From an uncultured Nitrospiraceae bacterium (GTDB lineage: Bacteria > Nitrospirota > Thermodesulfovibrionia > Thermodesulfovibrionales > Dissulfurispiraceae), in contig CAVSHF010000003.1 of NCBI GenBank assembly GCA_963727805.1, positions 2,144,001 to 2,208,000 of the forward strand: 64,000 bases of DNA. Direction: 5' to 3'. Made by a program: the position numbers and the translations under genes. The notes beneath the pieces are model-generated. The model was given only the letters and a program-made list of their open reading frames with translations. It had not been told where the DNA came from and ran no database searches. Below are positions 9,267 through 18,721 of the stretch, piece by piece. Position 1 is the stretch's first letter. Each line of letters begins with the position of its first letter.

Positions 9267-10220
9267 TCACGCTGCCGCACCCGTGCAGGACGATCCTTGG
9301 CCAGCGGTGCAGCCGAAACAGTGTTCATCACAAGCTATTTCCCTGTGGACAAGGAGTAATCGGTCGAAGTCCTGAACAATCTGTGGATAATTTCCGAGCA
9401 GAGGGAGATTGACCATCTGGTTGAAATCGCAGTCGTAGAGGGTCCCATCCCATCCCACATTGATAAGATGACGGCACATGATGACATCGAGCGTCGCTGG
9501 ATTAAAGGAGTTTCTAAGCCTTTCCATGTAGCGCTCGAGCTGGTTCTTCTCGGTCAGAAAACGCCTGAAACGGCCGATCGGCATGTTGGTAAGAGTAAAG
9601 AGGTTAGTGAAAGAAACCCCATAGTGCCTTTCAAGTTCTCTGCGATACTCCTCCTCCATCGTCGATTGTGGTGGGGGGAAAAACATTCCCTGAGGATTAT
9701 GAACAAGGTCTAGTTTTAACCCTCCGGGTTCAACTCCAAACCCGAGGTCATTCAATGTCCGGAGAGCGCTGATGCTTTTTTTAAAGGTCCTCTCACCGCG
9801 CACCCTGTCGACGGCTTCTTCGAGATAGTGGGGAAGTGACGCCACTAATTCAACCTCATATTCTTTATAAAAGCATGGCAGGTCATTCATGCCATCTTCC
9901 CCAAAAATCGTCAGGTTGCTTCTGACCATTACATGGCACCCAATTCCCTTTGCCTTTTCGATAAGATACCTGAGGTGTGGATTACATTCGGGTGCACCGC
10001 CTGTTATGTCGAGTGTCCTAATGCCAGATGCCTTCAGGATACCGAGAACAGCTTTTATGGTTTCGAGTTCCATTGTCTCTTCGCGCAGAGGCCCGGCCTG
10101 AACATGGCAGTGTTTACAAGACATGTTACACCGATATCCGATATTGACCTGGAGAGTCTCAAGACTCTGGGCCTTAAGGGGATAAGCGCCGTGTTTCCTA
10201 AGGGTCTCTACGAAATCCAT
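9267..10220 (-). CDS. arsS: Radical SAM/Cys-rich protein, ArsS (arsenosugar biosynthesis) family
   Basis: LQVNIGYRCNMSCKHCHV, DITGGAPE, YDCDFNQM and C-terminal HCFGCTAGQGSSC. Confidence 0.85.
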   Translation of the reverse strand: MDFVETLRKHGAYPLKAQSLETLQVNIGYRCNMSCKHCHVQAGPLREETMELETIKAVLGILKASGIRTLDITGGAPECNPHLRYLIEKAKGIGCHVMVRSNLTIFGEDGMNDLPCFYKEYEVELVASLPHYLEEAVDRVRGERTFKKSISALRTLNDLGFGVEPGGLKLDLVHNPQGMFFPPPQSTMEEEYRRELERHYGVSFTNLFTLTNMPIGRFRRFLTEKNQLERYMERLRNSFNPATLDVIMCRHLINVGWDGTLYDCDFNQMVNLPLLGNYPQIVQDFDRLLLVHREIACDEHCFGCTAGQGSSCTGAAA

Positions 10221-10229
10221 CTGCGATTC

Positions 10230-10562
10230 TCACATTGATATCTTGTCGATAGCATTATGGGCCTGTATCGCATGGATTAAAGACGCGCCACCGCGAATGG
10301 CGGACGCAACATGCACCGCTTCGGTAATATGATCGAGATTCATCCCCTCTTCAAGACAGCTCTTTGTATATGCATCTATACAGTACGGGCATTGAACCGC
10401 ATGAGCAACGGCCAGCCCGATAAGGACCTTTTCTCTTTTTGAAAGAACGCCAGGCTGAAGCGACGCCCCGTACCACTCCATAAATTTCTTAAAAAGATCC
10501 GGGCGATGCTTGCCTACTTCACCAAATCTGTCCAGATCATTGTCGTTATAGTAATCTCCCAC
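10230..10562 (-). CDS. AhpD/CMD-family peroxidase-like protein (ArsS-associated type)
   Basis: LAVAHAVQCPYCIDAY and EAVHVASAIRGGASLIH. GTG start at 10562 with SD GGGGAG. Confidence 0.85.
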   Translation of the reverse strand: MGDYYNDNDLDRFGEVGKHRPDLFKKFMEWYGASLQPGVLSKREKVLIGLAVAHAVQCPYCIDAYTKSCLEEGMNLDHITEAVHVASAIRGGASLIHAIQAHNAIDKISM

Positions 10563-10573
10563 GTGTTGCTCCC

Positions 10574-11833
10574 CTATTTCTTTGACTCGACATGGCACTT
10601 ATCACATGTTGTCACGGCAAAGGCATCCTTATCATTATGACAGACACCGCAGAACTTCCCCTCATACATGGGATCCATCGTCATCTTCTTTATGCCTTTC
10701 TTCATAGGCCAGATGGCTGTGTGGCACTTGTTGCACTCAAAGACCTTCGTATGGAATTCGTGACTGAAGACGACTGGAGCCGCGTCCTTCGGTTTATATA
10801 CGATCGGCCCCTTGGGGAAAGGCACCTTTGCATGGCAATTCGAGCAGTTAGTCGTGTAGGCGAACGCCTTCTTGCCGTTGTGACAGGAAAAACAGAGCTT
10901 TCCGGCAGTGTGATCGGTAAATGCGATTTTGACGCCATCTCTTTTCATGGGGAACAGCACCATATGGCATGTATCGCATCCAAAAGCAGCAACATGGACG
11001 AAGTGCTCGTATTTGACTGCGGACTCCCCTGTTCCGAATGCAATCGGACTTTGCGGATACAGGCTTTCTCGATTCCTGTGGCAAGCCAAGCAGTTCTCAT
11101 CGGCCGGTGGATGCAAGTTTTCAGACCGTTTCTGGTCATGGCAATTGAAACAGATTTGCATGTTAGACCGATAGCCGGTGATGCCGCTATGGGTTATTTT
11201 GGCGTGACAGATCACACAATTTATCCCCATGTCGAAATGCTTCCTATGATGGGGATCAACTTTAGCCGTGGGTCTCACCGGCTCGACGGTAATGTCTGGC
11301 AGGCCGCGCTGCTTCCGGAATTCAGGGTTCTTGACGCTGTCTACTAGACGGAAAGTGACGCCCAGAGACATGATTCGACTACTTCTTATCTTTTGATTCA
11401 TAGCATCGGAGTGGCAGAACAGGCAGATGTCATTTTTCACAAGTTGGGAGGCATAAGCTGGATCACTGGCACTCATGAGGACATGCATCTTATGATCGGG
11501 ACCCTTGATAAACTGGCCATAGACGTCATAGAGGCCGCCCATTTTAGCTCGCAAATAACCTACTAAGCCCGGTTCGGCGTGACAGTTGAGGCACGTAACG
11601 CCGGCCCTTGCATGAATCGACTTCGACCATGTATAGACCTCACCCAAAGGTCCCGGTTGGTCAGAGGGATGGCACCTTCTGCAGAACGACGGATCGCTCG
11701 AAAAATGCAGGGCTTCAATGCTTATAAAAATAAAGAACGCGGTGAGTGCAAGTATGATAAGTATCGTAAGCTTCGTATGCTTAACTACAAAGTTTCTAAG
11801 CTTTTCTTCAGACCTTTTGAGCCACTGCCACAT
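10574..11833 (-). CDS. Membrane-anchored multihaem cytochrome c (12 CxxCH), NapC/NirT-like N-terminus with c7-like C-terminal repeats
   Basis: N-terminal TM helix. CRRCH, CLNCH, CLFCH, CVICH, CFNCH, CLACH, CDTCH, CFSCH, CSNCH, CNKCH, CGVCH, CDKCH. Confidence 0.9.
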   Translation of the reverse strand: MWQWLKRSEEKLRNFVVKHTKLTILIILALTAFFIFISIEALHFSSDPSFCRRCHPSDQPGPLGEVYTWSKSIHARAGVTCLNCHAEPGLVGYLRAKMGGLYDVYGQFIKGPDHKMHVLMSASDPAYASQLVKNDICLFCHSDAMNQKIRSSRIMSLGVTFRLVDSVKNPEFRKQRGLPDITVEPVRPTAKVDPHHRKHFDMGINCVICHAKITHSGITGYRSNMQICFNCHDQKRSENLHPPADENCLACHRNRESLYPQSPIAFGTGESAVKYEHFVHVAAFGCDTCHMVLFPMKRDGVKIAFTDHTAGKLCFSCHNGKKAFAYTTNCSNCHAKVPFPKGPIVYKPKDAAPVVFSHEFHTKVFECNKCHTAIWPMKKGIKKMTMDPMYEGKFCGVCHNDKDAFAVTTCDKCHVESKK

Positions 11834-12388
11834 AATCCCTCCAGTATGATCAAATCTTAATTATGGCCGCCGCGCCGGCTAGCCTTGCGAATATTTTTAC
11901 AATACCAGTAATAATACCAATTTTCGCTCAACTTTGCAGCAGAAAAAGCCTGAGATTCTCTAGGCCTTCAAACCTATGTACGCTTACATGGTCAGTATAT
12001 AAGGTTTCATAGTTTATGAGTCCCTCTGACACGCCGTCAAATTATATTTCCTTATAATTCAATTTAAATGAGTTGATAGCAGTTAACATATTCTTCCTTG
12101 TCGATGCTATCCCAGCAAGCCGATACGTCCGGGGAACATGATATTTATTTATATGGGCCTGCTCGAACAGTACTCGGATATCATCTCCTACCACCCATGG
12201 CAATATTCAGACATAGAATGGCTCTCGAGCAAAACGCCGAGGCCATGAGGCCATATCGATTATCTGTCAGCACCAGGCATCAGATATCGTCGAGCTATAG
12301 ATCCACTACTTTCGTGCAGGGCCTGCACCGGCGCTTCCGTGGTGGCAATTCCCTGATTCGGCCTGCTATAGTATCTAATAAATTCATT

Positions 12389-13156
12389 ATGGATTTCCTG
12401 GCAATAGCACTACAATCCGGCAGTTGTGGTAACTGCATTTACATTGAAACTGCAGGCACTCGGCTTCTCTTTGACGCAGGCTTGAGCTGCATCGAATCAG
12501 AGCGACGGCTTGCTGCCCATGGTAGGGACATCAGGAACGTAGATGCCATCCTCATTTCCCACGATCATTACGATCATGTCCGGCATGCGGGGGCACTTCA
12601 GCGTAAATACGGCCTCCCTCTTTATATCACCCGTGACACCCTCGATGTCTCCCTTGCGAAGCACCGGCTCGGACGTATGGGAGATATCAGCCATTTCAAC
12701 GCCGGTGACCCGATTAGAATCGGAGAAATCATCATACGGACGATTCCGACGCCCCATGACGGAGTCGACGGCGTCATCTTTGTCGTTGAAAGCGGTGCTA
12801 AGCGGCTCGGAATCATGACTGATCTTGGGCATGTTTTTAACGGCCTGCGGCGTGAGATTTCCAGCCTCGATGCGGTCTTTATAGAGAGCAACTATGATCC
12901 CGAGATGCTGTCGAAGGGACCGTACCCCTCTTTTTTGAAGCGCCGCATCCAGGGGCCGGGCGGACACATCTCGAATTTCGAGGCAGCTGAACTGCTCCTA
13001 TCGGGAGAGCGACTGAAATGGGCATGCCTTTCGCATCTTTCACAACATAACAACTATCCTGATCTGGCACTCAAAACACACCGCTCTGTCCTCGCGGATT
13101 CACTTACCCTTCATCTGGCCAGCCGCACCCATCCGACCGATATACTCACCGTATAA
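12389..13156 (+). CDS. MBL-fold metallo-hydrolase (YycJ/WalJ-like)
   Basis: SGSCGNC, SHDHYDHV, TDLGH, ESNYD, HLSQHNN motifs. Start moved to ATG 12389. Confidence 0.9.
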   Translation: MDFLAIALQSGSCGNCIYIETAGTRLLFDAGLSCIESERRLAAHGRDIRNVDAILISHDHYDHVRHAGALQRKYGLPLYITRDTLDVSLAKHRLGRMGDISHFNAGDPIRIGEIIIRTIPTPHDGVDGVIFVVESGAKRLGIMTDLGHVFNGLRREISSLDAVFIESNYDPEMLSKGPYPSFLKRRIQGPGGHISNFEAAELLLSGERLKWACLSHLSQHNNYPDLALKTHRSVLADSLTLHLASRTHPTDILTV

Positions 13157-14470
13157 ATGGAACAACTTTCTATGCTTAAACCAGCCTTGACCCTATTCGA
13201 GCTCAACTCGCTCATTAGGTCCGCACTCGGCAACACTTTCCCCGACCTGTACTGGGTGGTTGCAGAGATTGCCGAGAGCAAATGCAATCAGAAGGGCCAC
13301 TGTTATCTCGATCTTATCGAGAAAGAGGACCATAAGACTATCGCACAGATCAGGGCCACGATATGGTCCTACGAATATCGCACATTGAGCCGGAAGTTCG
13401 AGGCCGCCGCAAAAGCACCGTTAATGCAGGGCATGAAAGTGCTGCTACTGGTTGCTGTGACTTTCCATGAAGTCTACGGATTAAGTCTCAATGTGAAAGA
13501 TATCGACCCCGCTTATACAATGGGGGAAATGGCCCTCCGGCGGAGAGAGATCATTGAGCTGCTTAAAAAAGAAGGCATCATGGACATGAATAAGGAATTG
13601 ACCTTGCCGCTTGTACCTCAAAGAGTGGCCGTCATATCATCGCCCACAGCGGCAGGCTACGGAGATTTCCTAGACCAGTTAAAGATGAATTCCTACGGAT
13701 TCCAATTCGCGCATGCCCTCTTCCCGGCGCACATGCAAGGGGAAGAGGCCGAGAAATCAATGATTGCAGCATTTAATATGATAGAGAAAATGAGAGAACG
13801 TTTTGATGTTGTTGTGATAATCAGGGGCGGCGGCTCAGTAGCCGACCTGAGCTGTTTCGACAGTTATGCTCTCGCTGCCCGGATCGCCTTATTTCCTTTG
13901 CCAGTCATCACTGGCATCGGCCATGAAAAAGACGATACTGTTGCCGACATGGTAGCTCACACAAAGATGAAGACCCCGACTGCCGTCGCCGAGTTTCTGA
14001 TATCCGGCATAAGGAGCTTTGAAGAAAAGATCATCAGCATCGAAAACAGGCTTCATCTTTATGCAGAACGGCTTTTGAACGATGCCGCCTATACCCTCAA
14101 TTCTCTGGCTCAAAGGCTCTGCCTCGTACCATCACATATCACGACCGCGCCGCAGAACCATCTTAACGCTCTTGAAAAAAATATCAGAGGATCTCTCAGG
14201 CAATACCTGCAGCACAAAGAAAACAAACTCTCTGTAATGGAACAAGCCGTGCGGCTTCTTGACCCCATCAATGTGCTCAGGAGGGGCTATAGTATAACCA
14301 GACACAACGGCCATGCTCTCAGGGACACAACGGCCATTTGTAAGGGAGATGAGATCGAGAGCAGGCTTTACAAGGGAAGCATTGTTGGTATCGCTAAACA
14401 TATTACACCGAACAATGAAGAGGGGCGCGGCAAGGCATCTGACCCATTAGCAGACACTGACGGTGCTTGA
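13157..14470 (+). CDS. xseA: Exodeoxyribonuclease VII large subunit
   Basis: WVVAEIAE..GHCYLDL, IIRGGGSVADL, TGIGHEKD, KTPTAVAE, LRRGYSI. Confidence 0.95.
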   Translation: MEQLSMLKPALTLFELNSLIRSALGNTFPDLYWVVAEIAESKCNQKGHCYLDLIEKEDHKTIAQIRATIWSYEYRTLSRKFEAAAKAPLMQGMKVLLLVAVTFHEVYGLSLNVKDIDPAYTMGEMALRRREIIELLKKEGIMDMNKELTLPLVPQRVAVISSPTAAGYGDFLDQLKMNSYGFQFAHALFPAHMQGEEAEKSMIAAFNMIEKMRERFDVVVIIRGGGSVADLSCFDSYALAARIALFPLPVITGIGHEKDDTVADMVAHTKMKTPTAVAEFLISGIRSFEEKIISIENRLHLYAERLLNDAAYTLNSLAQRLCLVPSHITTAPQNHLNALEKNIRGSLRQYLQHKENKLSVMEQAVRLLDPINVLRRGYSITRHNGHALRDTTAICKGDEIESRLYKGSIVGIAKHITPNNEEGRGKASDPLADTDGA

Positions 14471-14529
14471 ATAAATGAGTGACGAACGCTAAGTGTTAAC
14501 CCTGCCGATATTCACCATCTATATCTCAC

Positions 14530-15792
14530 TTAATGGAATTCTTCAGGATTGCGATTGAAAACAGGGAGTATCCTGCTGAATATCCCGAACAGGAAGAAGG
14601 GAGTTACCGCCACCAGGAGTGCGCCTCCAAGTCCTTCCTTGAATGTCTCCCAATCATGCGGAATTATCGGCAGATGATAGTGCATATAGCCGGCGAAGGT
14701 AAGGGAGAATGACTGTCCTCCAATGACGACATTCCACCGCATCATGAAGACGCCGAACAGAACGAGTATAACACCGACTGCGGCCCTCCTTATTGTTAGC
14801 CGTGGCAACAAAAAAAGAATGAATGGCAGCAGATTTCCGACTCCATATTGAAGGATGAAGATGTCGGCGAAGTCCTTACCGTAGATTACGCTTCGCAGGA
14901 TATCCCATGTTTTCACTGCCGTATAGCCCCTGAATATGAGGTCCAGAAGTTCAAGGCTTATGGCGAAGATGAGAAAGAACAGAAGATATCGTGCGGTTAT
15001 CCGTATCTCGTTTAATTCCAAGCCCTTTATCACTTCCCTGGCTGCGAGATGATCAGATCCCAACTCTTGAGGGCCGGCCCGGAACTTTTTTATCTCCATG
15101 ATAACTATATAGGTGAGCATGCATAGCGCGATTCCCGATACAACAGCGGACATGATGAAAATGACCGGCATGAGCGGTGTCATCCAAAGCGCGTTTGCCT
15201 TGACCGAGCCAAAGATAAAGCCGGCATATCCGTGGAGAAAACAGGCGACGGGGATTCCAATGCCGGCTAGGATTTTAACGGCCTTCTCGTCCTTGTGAAG
15301 GGCCTCCTCGCTCACATCCCATGCTCCAAGCGTCAAAGCTGAGAAAAAAAGATGTTTAATTTTGTTCAGAAGACTTCCGTCTATCTTTTTTCGCAGGGAA
15401 AGCGCAGTATCGACAAAGTGCTTTCTATAGACAAACCATAATTCCGATGCAACGATGGCGCCGTAGGTCGAAAAAACAATGCCAAATGCTGCTATTGCCG
15501 ATGTGAAATGCGGCGTCATCAAAACTTCGATGCCTCTCTGCGGTTGCTGCAAATGCAGCATAAGGGGCATCATGGCCACAGGAAGTAAGGCAAAGGAAAA
15601 GACAAGAGAAAAACGGGCCATGTTCTTCAGTTGTTTTATGCCGAAGACATGGTAAAGAGATGACAATACGAAGGCGCCTGCGACAAGCCCAGTCATAAAG
15701 GGGTACATGACGATCTGTATGCTCCAATAAATGTATTCATTCGGAAGAACGAAAAGCTCTTTTACCGTCCAAAGCTCGCCGTGAACAACCAT
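14530..15792 (-). CDS. NrfD/PsrC-family membrane quinol oxidoreductase subunit (CbcU-like)
   Basis: Multi-TM protein with YPFMTGLVAG, LHLQQPQR, LHGYAGFIFG, MRWNVVIGGQ. Confidence 0.9.
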   Translation of the reverse strand: MVVHGELWTVKELFVLPNEYIYWSIQIVMYPFMTGLVAGAFVLSSLYHVFGIKQLKNMARFSLVFSFALLPVAMMPLMLHLQQPQRGIEVLMTPHFTSAIAAFGIVFSTYGAIVASELWFVYRKHFVDTALSLRKKIDGSLLNKIKHLFFSALTLGAWDVSEEALHKDEKAVKILAGIGIPVACFLHGYAGFIFGSVKANALWMTPLMPVIFIMSAVVSGIALCMLTYIVIMEIKKFRAGPQELGSDHLAAREVIKGLELNEIRITARYLLFFLIFAISLELLDLIFRGYTAVKTWDILRSVIYGKDFADIFILQYGVGNLLPFILFLLPRLTIRRAAVGVILVLFGVFMMRWNVVIGGQSFSLTFAGYMHYHLPIIPHDWETFKEGLGGALLVAVTPFFLFGIFSRILPVFNRNPEEFH

Positions 15793-15794
15793 GG

Positions 15795-16580
15795 CTATCT
15801 CACCTCCTCATCCAGGCCTATATAATAAGCCTGGGGCTTGGTTCCATATTCGCTCTTCAGTACACTGACTCTTTCTGTCATGATGATCTTTGTGATGGGG
15901 TCATTGGGGTCTTTGATGTTGGCGATCATCCTGGCCCCGAAAGGACACGCGTCGACACATGCTGGCTTCAGGCCCTGATTTATCCTGTGATAACAGAAAT
16001 TGCATTTTTCAGCGACTTGATAGACGGGATGAAAAAATCTCACACCATAGGGACATGCCATTATGCAATACCCGCAACCGATGCACCAGCTTCGGTCTAC
16101 AAGAACCACCCCTTCCTTAGTCTGGTAGGTGGCCCCCACAGGGCATACCTGCACACAAGGCGGGTTCTCGCACTGGTTGCAGAGTTTGGGGACAAAGAAG
16201 GCTTTATCTATATCTTCACTATTTATTTCCTGATATTTCCCTTGTCCAAGATCGATTTTCCCCGAAATAAATCCGTCTCTGGCACCGTTTGGCGTGTCAG
16301 CGAAGACCATCCCGTCTTTACGGCGTACATATCTTTCCACCCAGGTCCTTGTCACATGGGCGTCATAAGGTATTTCGTTTTCGGTCTTGCACGCCTTCAC
16401 GCATAAGCCGCATCCCACACAATTGTATGTGTTGATCAGAAATGCCCATCTCACCGGAGCCTTTTCACTTTTTGCCGCAAAGAGCTTCAGGGGACTGACT
16501 ATTCCAACGGCTGCGAGCGGAAGCGTCAACCCCGCCAACCCTGTTGCCGCTTTCTTCAGAAAATCTCTCCTCGATATCAT
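15795..16580 (-). CDS. Tat-exported 4Fe-4S protein, NrfC/DmsB family (CbcT-like)
   Basis: SRRDFLK Tat motif and CVGCGLCVKAC, CNQCENPPCVQVCP, CIGCGYCIMACP, CNFC..CVDACP. Confidence 0.9.
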   Translation of the reverse strand: MISRRDFLKKAATGLAGLTLPLAAVGIVSPLKLFAAKSEKAPVRWAFLINTYNCVGCGLCVKACKTENEIPYDAHVTRTWVERYVRRKDGMVFADTPNGARDGFISGKIDLGQGKYQEINSEDIDKAFFVPKLCNQCENPPCVQVCPVGATYQTKEGVVLVDRSWCIGCGYCIMACPYGVRFFHPVYQVAEKCNFCYHRINQGLKPACVDACPFGARMIANIKDPNDPITKIIMTERVSVLKSEYGTKPQAYYIGLDEEVR

Positions 16581-17050
16581 TTCATTGCCTCCAGGTTGGG
16601 CATATGAGGATTATGACAGGCCGAACATTCGACACCGGGGTTGTGTTTTTCGGGGTCCACCCCTCTGATACGTGCCCTGCCGCTTGTGGGATAGGCAAGG
16701 GGGAAATGGCATCTGAGGCACAATTCCCGCTTCTTGTCGATCGTCAATTTTTCGGGATTGGTAGGATGATCCAGGACAGGACCATGGCAGTTTTCACAGT
16801 AGATAATCGCATGCGGTGTCTGCATTATCGAATATTTGTCACTGTGGCAATCCTTACAGTATTCCCCGTTGAATCGATATTTCACCTTGAACGCCTTCCA
16901 GTCGTCCTCGTTACTCTGTCGATGGAAGCTATACATATAGCCCCTCTCATAGACGCCGAAGTCTTTCGGCACAACAAATGTTCGTGCGATCAGAATAATC
17001 ACGATCACCCCTATTACAACAAAAAGCGGCCGCCATATGTGGCTTTTCAT
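16577..17050 (-). CDS. Membrane-anchored tetrahaem cytochrome c (CbcS-like)
   Basis: MKSHIWRPLFVVIG TM anchor. CKDCH, CENCH, CLRCH, CSACH. Start moved to ATG 17050. Confidence 0.85.
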   Translation of the reverse strand: MKSHIWRPLFVVIGVIVIILIARTFVVPKDFGVYERGYMYSFHRQSNEDDWKAFKVKYRFNGEYCKDCHSDKYSIMQTPHAIIYCENCHGPVLDHPTNPEKLTIDKKRELCLRCHFPLAYPTSGRARIRGVDPEKHNPGVECSACHNPHMPNLEAMK

Positions 17051-17201
17051 TGATATCCCCTCATCGACCCCAATATAATCATATGTATATACTATCAAAA
17101 ATATTTGCAGAATTCTAGAGTGCTTTAATACTTCAGCAGTTTAATCCAAACTCGAATATCCACACGACTGGTCATCTGCCGATACACCGCCTCCCCGCTC
17201 T

Positions 17202-17354
17202 ATGCTCAGCAAAGGGTACAGCATCATACTAATTCAGGAAAAAAGGAAAGGTTGGGAACTCCTTTTAAACCGTGATATAATCGAAAGTAGACTGTTCACT
17301 GGAATTGTCAGGAGCGCAGTTGATAAAAACAGGAGGGACAATGGCCAGGAATAA
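17202..17354 (+). pseudogene. Relic duplicate of the xseA 3' end
   Basis: Frame reads MLSKGYSII...DIIESRLFTG versus XseA VLRRGYSIT...DEIESRLYKG. It overlaps the xseB start. Confidence 0.65.
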
Positions 17355-17589
17355 AGAGCTTACCTATAGTCAGGCCCTTGCCGAGCTTGAGGATATCATA
17401 AGCAGCATAGAGTCCGAGGAGGTCGATGTCGATTCCCTAGCCGAAAAAGTAAAAAGGGCAGCGGTCCTTATCAGGTTCTGCAGGGAGAAACTTAAAGGCA
17501 CCGGGGAGGATGTAAAAAAAGTCCTCTCGGAAATGGATATGAAAGCTGCCCCGTTGAATTCAGTCGATAGCGACCTCGGGCTGCTCTAG
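17341..17589 (+). CDS. xseB: Exodeoxyribonuclease VII small subunit
   Basis: LTYSQALAELEDII..IE..EVDVDSL...KRA..LIRFCREKL. SD AGGAGG before ATG 17341. Confidence 0.9.
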   Translation: MARNKELTYSQALAELEDIISSIESEEVDVDSLAEKVKRAAVLIRFCREKLKGTGEDVKKVLSEMDMKAAPLNSVDSDLGLL

Positions 17590-17603
17590 GCGTTGCTGGT
17601 ACC

Positions 17604-18020
17604 ATGACAGAATCAAGGGAATTCTTTAGAGTTGATGCGCTCGTTCCGATGTTTGTGCGGGCCCTAACCAAGGATGAGGGGAAACGCTGTTCTTGCCATC
17701 TGAGTGAGAAGGGATTTGATAAGACACTTAAAAAGACCCTTATCCGTAAGATCAACATAAGCGGAGCCGGCATCTGCTTTGAAAACGATATGCCGTTCAC
17801 TTCGGGGGATATCCTTGAGATGAGGTTGATGCTTGAAGATGCTTACGACGGCATCATTGGCCTATGCGTGAAGGTGTTACGGGTCGAGAAGCTCTCCAGG
17901 AATTACCGCATTGCAGTCAACTATGTTGACATGAGTGAAAACATCAGGGAACTCATCGTAGCATTCGTCTTCAAGCGTGAGCGAACACTGATACAGGAGA
18001 AACGGGTTGGCTGGTTGTAG
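17604..18020 (+). CDS. PilZ-domain protein
   Basis: REFFRV (RxxxR) and NISGAG (D/NxSxxG) motifs. Confidence 0.85.
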   Translation: MTESREFFRVDALVPMFVRALTKDEGKRCSCHLSEKGFDKTLKKTLIRKINISGAGICFENDMPFTSGDILEMRLMLEDAYDGIIGLCVKVLRVEKLSRNYRIAVNYVDMSENIRELIVAFVFKRERTLIQEKRVGWL

Positions 18021-18032
18021 TCCGGAGCGAGT

Positions 18033-18574
18033 ATGAATAAAAATCTCTTCCCTTTACTGCTGCTTGTATTCGCCGTCGCCATTTTGCTTAATGCAACCTC
18101 CTGCACCCCAACCGCTTCGCTGAGAACGGCCTCTGCAAATCCGGCAGAACTGCGCGGAACCTATCCCGTCTTCCTTTAGGGGGCCCGCCACAGCAACGAT
18201 AGAGAAACAGTCGCCATCCTTGCAAAAGAGAAGTTCTCTTACACGGTTGAGATCTATTCACCCCATTCCAATTATAAGACCATCAAGGGAATGCCCGCCG
18301 ACCAGGCATACGAGAGGGCTGCTGAGTTTGTCAGCTTCCACATGCTTTTGATTACACTGTCATGAGAAGGATCCTTGATGAAAATGGGTCTGTTATCGGA
18401 TATGAAGTGAGGCCCTACTAGAATCATCTTGAATTCGGTCATCCTGATGTCCTCGATGTATCGTACACCCCTGCAGACGGAAAGGTGATAGTCAGGATCC
18501 ACCGGATACCCGCTGTCGAACAATATCTCAGGAACAGGGATAGACGGACTCCTTTTCTCTTCAGGATGAGCTAG
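18033..18574 (+). pseudogene. Degraded putative lipoprotein gene
   Basis: MNKNLFPLLLLVFAVAILLNATSC lipoprotein-like signal. TAG at 18177, a frameshift near 18340, TAG at 18419, and coding-like sequence continuing to TAG 18572-18574. Confidence 0.6.
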
Positions 18575-18721
18575 ACTGATTGCCCCCTACGACTGCTCGC
18601 CAATGACCACAGAGAGGTCCGTTCATCTCCGATAGTAGTTCTATAGTGAAAACTAATCTGCAATGCAGACATTTCGTGAAAAGTGATTAGAATATAAAAA
18701 AGTGTCATCGAGGCATACTTA

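Noticed and set aside
9267..9300. Sec at the ArsS C-terminus
   Set aside because: The codon in GSSC is TGC. The TGA comes after TGAAA and abuts the convergent lysR stop, so it is a true stop.
12098..12388. Long N-terminal extension of the MBL hydrolase, or a separate gene
   Set aside because: Family similarity starts at MDFLAIALQSGS (12389). The upstream frames are short and I could not assign them.
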